Source: a virus (Duplodnaviria > Caudoviricetes). Taken from it: 64,000 bases of DNA. The notes under the pieces were generated by a model, which worked only from the letters and a program-made list of their open reading frames with translations, made no database searches and was not told the origin of the DNA. Shown here piece after piece: positions 6,641 through 15,667 of the stretch. The translations under genes and the position numbers were made by a program. Position 1 is the first letter of the stretch. Each line of letters begins with the position of its first letter. The stretch lies in the IMG/VR virus record IMGVR_UViG_3300025021_000154, positions 25,087 to 89,086 of that record. One strand, written 5' to 3'.

Positions 6641-9034
6641 ATGGAACTGTTCGCCACAGACCTGGAAAGGCTGGCGTTTCTACTGGAGGCCGATGCGGCG
6701 CTGACCTGCGATCCTGACGAGCTCGGGACGGAGGCCGCCGATCAGTCCGCTCCTGAAGAGCTTCCTCCCGAGAAGCGCCCCAAGTACATCACCAACTACA
6801 TCGGTAGTAAGCAGAAACTCGTTGACTGGATCTGGAAGCATACCCCCGAGGGCGTTGGCACCGTGCTCGACGCCTTCTCGGGGTCTGCGGTCGTGGCCTA
6901 CATGTACAAGACCAAGGGCCTCCAGGTCATCGCCAACGACCGGCTGCGCTACTGCCACCACGCCGCCAAGGCGATTATCGAGAACAACTCGGTTCGCCTG
7001 AGCGAGGACGAAATCGAGGCGCTCCTGGCCGACAACGCCAAGGCTGGCAGCTTCGTTCAGGACAATTTCAAGGGGATCTTTTTTGCCAAGGGCGTCCATG
7101 CGCTGATCGATACGATCCGCGCCAACTGCGACAAACTCTCCGGCATCAAAAAAGACATCGCCCTGTTTGGCCTGGGCAAGACCTGCATGAGCGGCAAAGG
7201 TGGTTTCGGTCATTTTTCATCCTCAACCGACTACGGTCGACGCAAGGACACGCCAGAGGAATTCAAAGACCGTTTGCGCAAGAACCTGCAACGCATCAAT
7301 GCGCTGGTCTTCGACAACGGCAAGGAGAACAAGGCCCACCGCCAAGACATCAACGATCTGCTGCCCAAGGCCAAGGCGGATCTGGCCTATTTCGACCCGC
7401 CTTACGCCACCGAATTTTCCACCACCAATTACGAGCGAGCCTACCACTTCGTGGAGGGGCTCATGACCTATTGGGACGGCCTCGAGATCAAGGCCGACAC
7501 CAAGGTCAAGTATTACGAGACCGACCACAAGACGGTCACCAAGGGTAATGCCAGCGAGTTTTTCCAGACCTTTCTCGGCAATGCCAAGCACATCCGACAC
7601 TGGCTGATCTCCTACCGCGATCACGCTTATCCGAATGAGCAGGAGATGAAGAAAATCATCAGTTCATTCGGCAAGCAAAGCCAGATGAAATCGAAAGATC
7701 ACCATTACGCGATCACCTCCAGGCACGGAGATGCCTCCAACGCCAAGGAACGGCTGTTCGTCTGCATCCCTGGCTCAACAGCCAAAGCGGAGCAAGAGAT
7801 GAAACCGGTGCCGCTGGCCGCTGCTGCGAATTTCCACACCAGCATCCCCGTGGACATCCGGCTGGGCGACAGCGAACGCCTCACTGCCGAAGCCATGGAT
7901 GTCGGGGCACCGGGCGACCCCCAGTTCAGTTTCGTGCTCTGCCGTACCGGCACCAACAAGAACGGCGACCACTTCACCGCCGAGGAGTTGTCCGGTCGGC
8001 ACATGACGGCCGTGAACAAGAAGGTCGATCTGCAGCACTCTCAGGAGTTCAACGACATCGTCGGTGGCGTCGTCGCCGCCGATTATCTGGAAGACGACAA
8101 CGGCGGCCGGGTCGAATGCGTCGGCGAACTGTACGTCCACGACACACCGGCGGCTCGACTCGCCTACAAGCTGATGAAGCGCGGGATCATCTCCCAGGTT
8201 TCCATGGAATGTGATTACCAGGAAGGCGAATGCTCGGTCTGCCACAAGCGCTTTCAAAACAAGGCCGACTACTGCACGCACCTGCGCAAGTTCAAGGGCC
8301 GTGATTTCAACGGCCAACCCGTCTTCGAAATACTGCAGGGTGTCACTTTCACGGGACTGGGCCTGCTCGACCGCAAGGGTGCGGACGAGAACGCCCGAAT
8401 TCTGCAGGTGGCATCGATTCAGAGCCAACCCGACCAATCCCAACCCGAAGGAGATTCCACGATGGAAGACAAAACCAAACCCAACGATGACCCGGCCGCC
8501 AAGACTGAATCAGACGCGGCCAAGAAGAAACCGGCCCAGCAGGAAGGCGATCCTGCCCGTGTTTCCGACCTGGAAAAGGAAAACCGGCAGCTCAAGGCCC
8601 AGGTGGCCGAGTTGCAGAAACGCGTCCAGGAACTGGAAGCTGAGCAAAAAGCCGCAGCCTGCCGTTCCCGGGCGAAGAAGCTCCTGACCCGTCTGGAGAA
8701 GCAGGGACTCTCCTTTGCCTCCGAAGTGGACCGTGACGCCGAACTCAAACGCCTGGCGGAACTGTCCGACGAAGCCTTCACCGCCACCGAGGCGGCCTAC
8801 GAGCGTCTGCCCAAATCGGCCAAGGAAGAGAAACTCGCAGCCAATGACCAGGGGGACAAGCCCGCCGCCAAGGCATCGACGGAACAACCGCTGCGCAGCG
8901 ACGCCGGTGTCCGACCCCACGATGTGGACGACCGCAAGGTGTCGCTCGAAGACCGTCTGCGCGACGGGTTCATGGCCGCTTACCGCAACCGTGTCGGCGA
9001 GGACTCTCCCGAACACTCGGAAATCAACGCATAA
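6641..9034 (+). CDS. DNA adenine methyltransferase (D12/alpha class) - prohead protease - scaffold fusion, 797 aa
   Basis: NYIGSK, motif I DAFSGS, and DPPY (7394-7405). Then a protease-like region (NKNGDHF, VDLQHS, VSMEC, CSVC..YCTH, GLGLLDRKGAD) and a coiled-coil scaffold. Occupies the protease/scaffold slot before the decoration and capsid genes. RBS GGAG upstream; alternative TTG start at 6638. Confidence 0.85.
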   Translation: MELFATDLERLAFLLEADAALTCDPDELGTEAADQSAPEELPPEKRPKYITNYIGSKQKLVDWIWKHTPEGVGTVLDAFSGSAVVAYMYKTKGLQVIANDRLRYCHHAAKAIIENNSVRLSEDEIEALLADNAKAGSFVQDNFKGIFFAKGVHALIDTIRANCDKLSGIKKDIALFGLGKTCMSGKGGFGHFSSSTDYGRRKDTPEEFKDRLRKNLQRINALVFDNGKENKAHRQDINDLLPKAKADLAYFDPPYATEFSTTNYERAYHFVEGLMTYWDGLEIKADTKVKYYETDHKTVTKGNASEFFQTFLGNAKHIRHWLISYRDHAYPNEQEMKKIISSFGKQSQMKSKDHHYAITSRHGDASNAKERLFVCIPGSTAKAEQEMKPVPLAAAANFHTSIPVDIRLGDSERLTAEAMDVGAPGDPQFSFVLCRTGTNKNGDHFTAEELSGRHMTAVNKKVDLQHSQEFNDIVGGVVAADYLEDDNGGRVECVGELYVHDTPAARLAYKLMKRGIISQVSMECDYQEGECSVCHKRFQNKADYCTHLRKFKGRDFNGQPVFEILQGVTFTGLGLLDRKGADENARILQVASIQSQPDQSQPEGDSTMEDKTKPNDDPAAKTESDAAKKKPAQQEGDPARVSDLEKENRQLKAQVAELQKRVQELEAEQKAAACRSRAKKLLTRLEKQGLSFASEVDRDAELKRLAELSDEAFTATEAAYERLPKSAKEEKLAANDQGDKPAAKASTEQPLRSDAGVRPHDVDDRKVSLEDRLRDGFMAAYRNRVGEDSPEHSEINA
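8462..9034 (+). CDS. Putative nested in-frame scaffold protein (internal start), 190 aa
   Basis: AAGGAG at 8448-8453, 8 nt before an in-frame ATG (MEDKTKPND...). Charged coiled-coil sequence follows. Confidence 0.55.
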   Translation: MEDKTKPNDDPAAKTESDAAKKKPAQQEGDPARVSDLEKENRQLKAQVAELQKRVQELEAEQKAAACRSRAKKLLTRLEKQGLSFASEVDRDAELKRLAELSDEAFTATEAAYERLPKSAKEEKLAANDQGDKPAAKASTEQPLRSDAGVRPHDVDDRKVSLEDRLRDGFMAAYRNRVGEDSPEHSEINA

Positions 9035-9046
9035 GGAGGAAACACC

Positions 9047-9409
9047 ATGTCATTTATCAATCCGTGTCACCGCAGCCTCGCCTATGGCGACGGCCACATC
9101 CAGGGCGACGGCCAGCTCGGCCAGGTAGTCCGCGTGGTCGGCAACGACCTGTTCGCCGTCAACACTGACCCCACCAAACGCTCCTTCGGCATCCTGATCA
9201 AGGACTACGCCGGTGGCGAGATGCCCGGCATCTACTGCGACGGCGGCGTTTACGAGACCGATGTCTTCGAAGGGACTATCGTCGCAGGGGATGACCTGAA
9301 AGTCTCCGCCAACGGTCGACTGACCAACGGTATCGCTGCGGGAGAACGCCAGGTCGCCCATGCCATCTCCGTACAGAGCGGCATTCTCAAATTCCGCCTG
9401 TTCGTCTAA
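9047..9409 (+). CDS. Head decoration / capsid cement protein
   Basis: 120 aa between scaffold and capsid, strong AAGGAGG RBS. GD.LKVSANGRL pattern typical of beta-tulip decoration proteins. Confidence 0.6.
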   Translation: MSFINPCHRSLAYGDGHIQGDGQLGQVVRVVGNDLFAVNTDPTKRSFGILIKDYAGGEMPGIYCDGGVYETDVFEGTIVAGDDLKVSANGRLTNGIAAGERQVAHAISVQSGILKFRLFV

Positions 9410-9427
9410 TCCAAGGAGCCAACGCAC

Positions 9428-10291
9428 ATGAAAACCAATCAGTTGAAGATTCATTCTCAGGAATACATGGAAACCATGGCGCGGCTCATGAGCGAGGCTC
9501 TCGAGTCGCCCGAAGGTATGCGGGCATTGGCCGCCGCCATTGCCGCGCCTATCGAACAGGAAATCAAGCGCAAGGAGATCTCCTCGCTGTTGCTCACCAA
9601 GCACACGCTGCCCAAGGGCGAACGCCCGGTCTACCAGAAAAAACCGACCGTCAAGGCCCACTGGATCAGCAAGGATGGCGACGCCCAGGAACAGGAGGTG
9701 GGCAAGGACGAGGTCGAGTTCCCCACCAACCGCATCCACTCCAATCCGATGGTGGATGTTTCCGTCCTCAAAAATGGCAACATCGGCACGCTGATGGACA
9801 TCCAGACCAGCGCCGCCGACGCCATTCGTAAGGAGATGGATCGGCGCACCATTTCGGTGCTGTCCTCGGCCATCCCGGCGTCCAACATCATCGAGGTCGC
9901 CGGTGACGTGCTCACCGAAGAGGCGCTAAACGAGGCCATCTCGATCATCGAGGACCTGGAGCTGTCGGTGAAGTACATCGTCATGCGCGGCCGCCGGTTC
10001 AACGACATGCGCGGTTGGAACCTCGATCCCCAGACCAAGCTCGAGCTGCGCCAGAAGGGTGTCATCAAGAACTACGGCACCGGCGGCATTCTGCTGACCG
10101 CCTCCATGCCGTTGGACGAGATCATCATCGTCCCGGATGAAGAGGTCGGCAAGATGCCGGTTCGCGAGAACCTGAAGACGGAGTCCATCGACCAGAAGAC
10201 CCGCTTCAAAACCGGCTGGCTGGTGTGGTCCGAGATCGGCCAGGGCATTACCCGCCCCGACATCATGGCCAAAATCAAACTGGTTCCGTAA
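9428..10291 (+). CDS. Major capsid protein (HK97 fold)
   Basis: 287 aa, position, AAGGAG RBS, capsid-like C-terminus (GWLVWSEIGQGITRP). Confidence 0.8.
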   Translation: MKTNQLKIHSQEYMETMARLMSEALESPEGMRALAAAIAAPIEQEIKRKEISSLLLTKHTLPKGERPVYQKKPTVKAHWISKDGDAQEQEVGKDEVEFPTNRIHSNPMVDVSVLKNGNIGTLMDIQTSAADAIRKEMDRRTISVLSSAIPASNIIEVAGDVLTEEALNEAISIIEDLELSVKYIVMRGRRFNDMRGWNLDPQTKLELRQKGVIKNYGTGGILLTASMPLDEIIIVPDEEVGKMPVRENLKTESIDQKTRFKTGWLVWSEIGQGITRPDIMAKIKLVP

Positions 10292-10309
10292 TCCGGGAGG
10301 TAACGTGAC

Positions 10310-10669
10310 ATGAATCGAATCAAGAACATCCGACCCGGTATCCTGGTCATTCCTGATGCCGGGCTGAAACTCAAGCCCGGACAGGTCGTCGAGGTGGAAC
10401 ATTTTACCAAACAAATCCAGGCTGCCCTGAAAAACGGACGCCTGGCCATGGCCGACAAACCGAAGCAGGAACCTGTCGTGAGTTCCGAGCCCAACCAGGA
10501 CGCGGAACCGGTGGATCTGAGCAAGCTCTCCGCCACCGACGCCATCTCCAAGGTCAACGAGGAGGCCAATCCCGAGACCCTCAAGGGCTACATGGAAACC
10601 GAAAAACGCCGCACGGTGATCGACGCGCTCAAGAGCCGTCTGGAGGGCATGCAAGGTGCTGCTGAGTGA
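10310..10669 (+). CDS. Phage hypothetical protein (post-capsid, helical C-terminal domain)
   Basis: GGAGG RBS; C-terminal ETEKRRTVIDALKSRL motif common in genes following capsid genes. Confidence 0.6.
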   Translation: MNRIKNIRPGILVIPDAGLKLKPGQVVEVEHFTKQIQAALKNGRLAMADKPKQEPVVSSEPNQDAEPVDLSKLSATDAISKVNEEANPETLKGYMETEKRRTVIDALKSRLEGMQGAAE

Positions 10670-11120
10670 TCTGATCGCCGACCTGCGGCTCGATCTTTCC
10701 GATCCGGGCGCATCTCTCTTCGAGGACCAGACTCTGGATAGATGCGTCCGGAAGGCCGTTTTTCGAGTCGGCCGCGATCTTGACCAAACGCTGACGGTAA
10801 CGGCCGGAGAGATCATCCCCGATCCCTCCGGAGAGGTTCGGGAGCTCTTGGTGATCATGGCACAGATCCACGCCTGCCAGGTCATGCGGTCGGCCACCGC
10901 CAACGCCTTTTCTTTTTCCAGCGGCGACAAGCGGGTGGACAAAACCGGCCAGCCTGGCCATTGGGCCAAGCTCGAGGCCGATCTGCTCGCGGACTACCGC
11001 CAGCGGCTCACCGAGTTGCGCCCGGCCACCCAGCTCGACCGGGAAGCCTACATCCTGACTCCGGGCGGCCTCACGCCGGTCATCTACGAACAAGGGATCG
11101 ACCTCGATGTTGTTGAATGA
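10656..11120 (+). CDS. Head-tail adaptor (connector) protein
   Basis: Position and size; overlaps neighbouring genes. Confidence 0.55.
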   Translation: MLLSDLIADLRLDLSDPGASLFEDQTLDRCVRKAVFRVGRDLDQTLTVTAGEIIPDPSGEVRELLVIMAQIHACQVMRSATANAFSFSSGDKRVDKTGQPGHWAKLEADLLADYRQRLTELRPATQLDREAYILTPGGLTPVIYEQGIDLDVVE

Positions 11121-11466
11121 CCGGGAACGCGCAGAAGCCGTGGCCGACGTCGCCCGGCTGATCCTCTCCTCGGGTCAGACCGCACGCATCCTGCGCGTAG
11201 TCCCCGGCGAGCGGCTCTACGGTACCGACGATGCCGATTACGCGGAAGTCTCTGTCATCCCCCTCGAACTGAACGAAACCCCGCCGGAGGAGCTGAGCGA
11301 CAAGATCGACGCGCTCGCCTGTGTCCTTCCGGATGCCGACGTTCATGGTGAAGACCGCCTGGCCGCAGACAGGGAAACCTATCGCATACAGAGCGTGGAA
11401 GAAGAACACTTCTTCGGGACCGTCACTCACAAGAACCTGCAACTGGTGAAGCTCAATGGGCGTTAG
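11107..11466 (+). CDS. Head closure / neck protein
   Basis: Position; DRL...YRIQSV motif typical of SPP1 gp16-like closure proteins. Confidence 0.55.
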   Translation: MLLNDRERAEAVADVARLILSSGQTARILRVVPGERLYGTDDADYAEVSVIPLELNETPPEELSDKIDALACVLPDADVHGEDRLAADRETYRIQSVEEEHFFGTVTHKNLQLVKLNGR

Positions 11467-11941
11467 GCGGACCGGTGATTGGGACAAGGCCCGCACCAAG
11501 CTGACCACCGGCATGGGGCCGCGCCTGGCCACGGCTCTGCGTCAAGCCACGATCCGCAACGCCCTTTTTCTGGTGCGTGAGATCCAGCGGGGGATTCGCT
11601 CCCAGGCCCCGGGAGGACAGGCTTTCGTGAAACTCGCCGAAAGCACCATCGAGCGCAAAGGCTCCAGCAAGGCGCTCATCGACACCGGCTTTCTCGTCAA
11701 CGCCATCACCCAGAAGATCATGGCCGACAAGGCGTTCGTCGGCCTGCTGCGCGGCACCGTCAACAAGGACGGGGAAGACATGGTGAACATCGGTGCCGTC
11801 ATGGAGTACGGGGCCACCATCAAACATCCGAACGGCGCGACCATCATCATCCCCGCCAGACCCTTTCTGCATCCGGTGATGGAGAAGTACCGCGAGCAGA
11901 TCCTCCAGAACTATCGCGAGGCGATCCGCTCCGCGCTTTGA
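11456..11941 (+). CDS. Phage virion morphogenesis / tail completion protein (Mu gpG-like)
   Basis: LAESTIERKGSSKALIDTGFL and IPARPFL motifs. Confidence 0.75.
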   Translation: MGVRRTGDWDKARTKLTTGMGPRLATALRQATIRNALFLVREIQRGIRSQAPGGQAFVKLAESTIERKGSSKALIDTGFLVNAITQKIMADKAFVGLLRGTVNKDGEDMVNIGAVMEYGATIKHPNGATIIIPARPFLHPVMEKYREQILQNYREAIRSAL

Positions 11942-11944
11942 GCC

Positions 11945-11978
11945 TCCGACACATCGCCAGCGCTTCCGGTAAGTAACC
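11945..11978 (+). promoter_or_regulatory. Conserved motif copy 2, putative late promoter
   Basis: TCCGACAC atcgccagcg CTTCCGGTAAGTAACC, 3 nt after the stop at 11941. Confidence 0.7.
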
Positions 11979-12000
11979 AGGCAGAAAACGGAGGCGTCCC

Positions 12001-12549
12001 TTGAGCACGATACAGACCGTCACAGAAACACTGATCCGCCTGGCCAAGCAGGTCATCCACCCGGACACCGTGCTGGTGTTCCCGGATGACCTGTTCGAGG
12101 TCCAGCGCACCCCCAGCGTCATCCTCCAGGGGCCGAAGCTGACGGAAGACCGTTTTCGCCGCAGCCAGAGCCGCCTGTTCGAGAAGAATGTCGCGGAGCT
12201 GAGTTTCGAGGAGTGTCGATTTCCCCGGCTCTATCACCTCGATTTCGATCTGGTGGTGACCGTGGGCCGGGAGTCTGAGCTGCTGGAGTTTCACGAGTCG
12301 GTGTCGCGGTTTATCCAACTCCACCCGGTGATCGTCATCGCCGACCAGGGCAGCCTGAACCTCACGGAACTGGTTCCTCTGGGCGGTCTGGCCCGGGTGA
12401 ACCTCTCCAATCTCCGGCAGAGCTCCGGACGCATCCGCATCGAATCCTGCCCGGTGTACGACGGCGACCTGCGCGACGGTCAGCTGATCCGGGATCGGAC
12501 CTTCCAGTTTCACGGCGACGTGACAGAACAACGAACCATTCAACCGTAA
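12001..12549 (+). CDS. Tail terminator-like protein
   Basis: TTG start with GGAGG RBS; position before the sheath gene. Confidence 0.5.
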   Translation: MSTIQTVTETLIRLAKQVIHPDTVLVFPDDLFEVQRTPSVILQGPKLTEDRFRRSQSRLFEKNVAELSFEECRFPRLYHLDFDLVVTVGRESELLEFHESVSRFIQLHPVIVIADQGSLNLTELVPLGGLARVNLSNLRQSSGRIRIESCPVYDGDLRDGQLIRDRTFQFHGDVTEQRTIQP

Positions 12550-12561
12550 AGGAGAACAACC

Positions 12562-12819
12562 GTGATCGAAATCAGAAATCTGCAGTTTCAACCCCTGACG
12601 TTCAACCTCTCTGGCCAGGGAACCGTCCACCTCGGACCGCGAGAGCGCAAGAGCATCGCCCGCAAGGACCTCTCCGCCGAGATCCGGACAGCCGGAAAAC
12701 GCGGCCTGGTGCGTCTCACCGACCTGACCGGCGGCGCAACCCTGGAACCGGAAACGCTCACGGCGACCGAGGACGCCGGAACCGATGAGGCCAAGACCAC
12801 CAGCAAGCGGAGGAAATAA
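12562..12819 (+). CDS. Hypothetical protein, 85 aa
   Basis: GTG start with AAGGAG RBS; fills the gap before the sheath gene. Confidence 0.6.
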   Translation: MIEIRNLQFQPLTFNLSGQGTVHLGPRERKSIARKDLSAEIRTAGKRGLVRLTDLTGGATLEPETLTATEDAGTDEAKTTSKRRK

Positions 12820-12821
12820 CC

Positions 12822-14351
12822 ATGCCGACCTATCTATCGCCCGGGATTTACACCCGGGAAACGGACTTCAGTTTCTATGTGAAGCAGATCTCTACCTCGT
12901 CGGCCGCCATGGTCGGTGTGCCCGAGAAAGGCCCCATCAACAAGCCCGTGCTGGTGACGAGCTGGGAGCAGTTCATCAACCGTTTCGGCTCCTACATCAA
13001 CGAAAGCTATCTGGCCTACGCCGCCCGGGCGTTTTTCGATAACGGCGGCTCGGTTCTCTATGTCAACCGCATCGCCCATCTCACCGATCCCACCGACCGG
13101 GACACGCTGACGGCGCTCAAGTCTTCCATCGTCCTGCAGAATCGGGAGGCGACGCCCGCCGACGCTCTGCGGATCGAAGCCGTGAACGAAGGCGTCTGGG
13201 GCGACCGGCTCTCCGTCTCCATCGAGGACGGCTCCCTTAATCCGGCCAACCATTTCAACCTGGTGGTCCGGCACAAAGGTGATGTGGTCGAGGTGTTCAA
13301 GGATCTGAGCATGGACGAAACCCAGCCCAACCATGTGGAGCTGGCGATCAACGACCGCTCGGATTTCATCCTGGTGCAGGATCTGGCCGCCACGTCGGGA
13401 ACGCCCGGCGACCGTCCGGCATTGGGCGTGTTCACGCTCACCGGCGGCGACAACGGGCTGACCGATCTGACCGATGCAGACTTCATCGGCGATCCCTCGC
13501 AGCATACCGGCCTCTATGGCTTTGACGAGATCGACGCCCTGAACCTGCTGATGGTCCCCGGCGTCACTACGGTGCCGGTGATCAACGCCGGAATCGCCTA
13601 TGCCGAGGGGCGCAAGGATCTGCTGTTCATCGCCGACACGCCCATGCACCTGGAGCCGCTCGAAGCGGTCGACTTTCGCAAGGGCCAAGGGATGTACAGC
13701 CACGCGGCCTTCAACTCCTCCTACGCGGCGCTCTACTACCCATGGCTGGAGATCAGCGATCCGGTCAACTCGCGCAAGAAGCTGGTGCCGCCCTGCGGCG
13801 CGGTGGCGGGATGCATCGCCCGCAGCGACCAGAAGACCAACGTCTGGAACGCGCCCGCCGGTATCGAGCGGGGCCGCATCTTCAACACGCTCTCCCTGGC
13901 CTACAAGACCAGCCGTGGCGAGCGCGATGTGCTCTATCCGGAAGGGGTTAACGTCATCGCCGTGTTCCCCGACACTGGCATCAACATCTGGGGGCAGAAG
14001 ACACTGCAAAGCCAGCCCTCGGCCGTGGACCGCATCAATGTCCGCCGCCTGATGATGTTCATGGAGGAAGCGATCTCGGAATCATCCCGCTTCGTGGTGT
14101 TCGAACCGAACCATCCCCAGACCTGGCGTGCCCTCGGCCGCCTGATCAACCCCTTCCTGCAGGACATCAAGGACAAAGGCGGTCTCTACGACTTTGCCTT
14201 CCAGTGCGACGAGGAGACCAACACCCCGGCAGTCATCGACCGCAACGAAATGGTGGCCCGCGTGTTCGTCAAGCCGACCAAGACGGCGGAGTTCATCGAG
14301 CTGAACTTCATCCTGACCAGCACCGGCGCTGACTTCAAAGAAATCATCTAA
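12822..14351 (+). CDS. Contractile tail sheath protein
   Basis: MPTYLSPGIYTRE N-terminus; YYPW, PPCGAVAG, WNAPAG, INVRRL, FEPN, KPTKTAEFI motifs. Confidence 0.97.
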   Translation: MPTYLSPGIYTRETDFSFYVKQISTSSAAMVGVPEKGPINKPVLVTSWEQFINRFGSYINESYLAYAARAFFDNGGSVLYVNRIAHLTDPTDRDTLTALKSSIVLQNREATPADALRIEAVNEGVWGDRLSVSIEDGSLNPANHFNLVVRHKGDVVEVFKDLSMDETQPNHVELAINDRSDFILVQDLAATSGTPGDRPALGVFTLTGGDNGLTDLTDADFIGDPSQHTGLYGFDEIDALNLLMVPGVTTVPVINAGIAYAEGRKDLLFIADTPMHLEPLEAVDFRKGQGMYSHAAFNSSYAALYYPWLEISDPVNSRKKLVPPCGAVAGCIARSDQKTNVWNAPAGIERGRIFNTLSLAYKTSRGERDVLYPEGVNVIAVFPDTGINIWGQKTLQSQPSAVDRINVRRLMMFMEEAISESSRFVVFEPNHPQTWRALGRLINPFLQDIKDKGGLYDFAFQCDEETNTPAVIDRNEMVARVFVKPTKTAEFIELNFILTSTGADFKEII

Positions 14352-14366
14352 CGGGAGAACACGGCT

Positions 14367-14828
14367 ATGAGAAGCGGAAACATGCCCAAGAGCCTTTACC
14401 AGAACTGGCAGTTCGCCATCGAGGTAAACGGCTTCGACGTGGCCCTGTTCCACAAGGGACAGGAGCCTAAAACCGAATTCGAGGAAGTTGCCTTCGCCCC
14501 GGCTGGTTCGATGTTCGACCAGAAGGTGGCGGGGCGGGTGAAGTTCGAGGACATAACCCTCGAAAAAGGAAACCTGCAGGACGGCTCTGATGAGGCGGCC
14601 CGCGAGTGGATCAAGAAACAGGTGGACGTGAACGCTGTCACCGGTGGTCTTCCGGCCGACTACATGCGAGACATCGACGTTGTCCGTTACGACCGCACCG
14701 GTAATGAGACCCGCCGCTGGACCCTGCACGGTGCCTGGGTCAAGGCGCTCGAATACGACGAGCTCGAAGGCGGCAACACCGAAAACACCATCGAGAAGCT
14801 GACCATCTGCTTCCAATACTGGACCTAA
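14367..14828 (+). CDS. Tail tube protein (T4 gp19-like)
   Basis: Follows the sheath; KFEDITLEKG, RRWTLHGAW, IEKLTI motifs. Confidence 0.92.
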   Translation: MRSGNMPKSLYQNWQFAIEVNGFDVALFHKGQEPKTEFEEVAFAPAGSMFDQKVAGRVKFEDITLEKGNLQDGSDEAAREWIKKQVDVNAVTGGLPADYMRDIDVVRYDRTGNETRRWTLHGAWVKALEYDELEGGNTENTIEKLTICFQYWT

Positions 14829-14843
14829 CCCGGAGGATCGACC

Positions 14844-15521
14844 ATGTACACCTTTGAACTACCAGGCGGCATCGAACTCGAGCTCCGGGAGATGACCGGT
14901 GCCGAAGAAGAATTGCTCACCAACCAGCGCCTGATCCGCTCCGGAGAGGCGATAAACCAGGTGCTTCGCAACTGCTTCGTGAAGCTGGGCGACAAGACCG
15001 ACCCGGATATCGGCGAGGTGATGAACCTGCTCTCTGGAGACCGGCTGTTCGCCCTCGTCCGTCTGCGCCAGATTTCCCTCGGTGACGAGGTGGAGCTGGA
15101 GCTGAGCTGCCCCAACACCGCCTGCCGCATGACCAACTACGTGACCGTCAACCTCGAAGAGCTGAAGGTCACGCCTTACGGGGAACAGCGGGAGTTCGAA
15201 TTCAAACTACCCGGCTCGAAGAAAGCCGTTCGTTTCGGCTATCTCGACGGCAACAAGGAAAAACGCCTGGCCAGCTTGCGTGAGCCGAATATCACTTCGG
15301 CCATGCTGATCCGGATTATCGACATCGACGGTAAGGCACCCACCAAGAAAAGCCTGGCGGAAATGTCGATGCGCGACCGCAGTGCCCTGCGCCAGGAGAT
15401 GTCGCGGGTGGACGCCGGAATCGACACCTCGGTCGAGATGGAATGCGACGGCTGCGCTACAAAAATCCGCACCCGGTTGGAGGCGGAACCGGCTTTTTTG
15501 TTCCCCGGAGTTCGCTTGTAA
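14844..15521 (+). CDS. Tail assembly chaperone (two CxxC pairs)
   Basis: Between tube and TMP; REMTGAEEELL, CPNTAC, CDGC. Confidence 0.75.
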   Translation: MYTFELPGGIELELREMTGAEEELLTNQRLIRSGEAINQVLRNCFVKLGDKTDPDIGEVMNLLSGDRLFALVRLRQISLGDEVELELSCPNTACRMTNYVTVNLEELKVTPYGEQREFEFKLPGSKKAVRFGYLDGNKEKRLASLREPNITSAMLIRIIDIDGKAPTKKSLAEMSMRDRSALRQEMSRVDAGIDTSVEMECDGCATKIRTRLEAEPAFLFPGVRL

Positions 15522-15667
15522 GCGACGTCTTCTTTCTCGCTTACGGCGGACTGCACTGGGGCTATTCGGAAACCCGCTCACTGACGCTCAGAGTCAGGCG
15601 ACAGTTCGTCGAGGCTCTTGAGCGGCAGCTTGATTTCGAACGAGAGCAAACGGAACGGCATAAATGA
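15494..15667 (+). other. -1 programmed frameshift site (T TTT TTG, 15494-15500) and extension ORF giving a ~274-aa G-T-type chaperone
   Basis: Slippery heptamer is in frame (GCT TTT TTG). The -1 frame is open to 15667 (DVFFLAYGGLHWGYSE...), overlaps the TMP start, and has no obvious own start/RBS. Confidence 0.75.
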
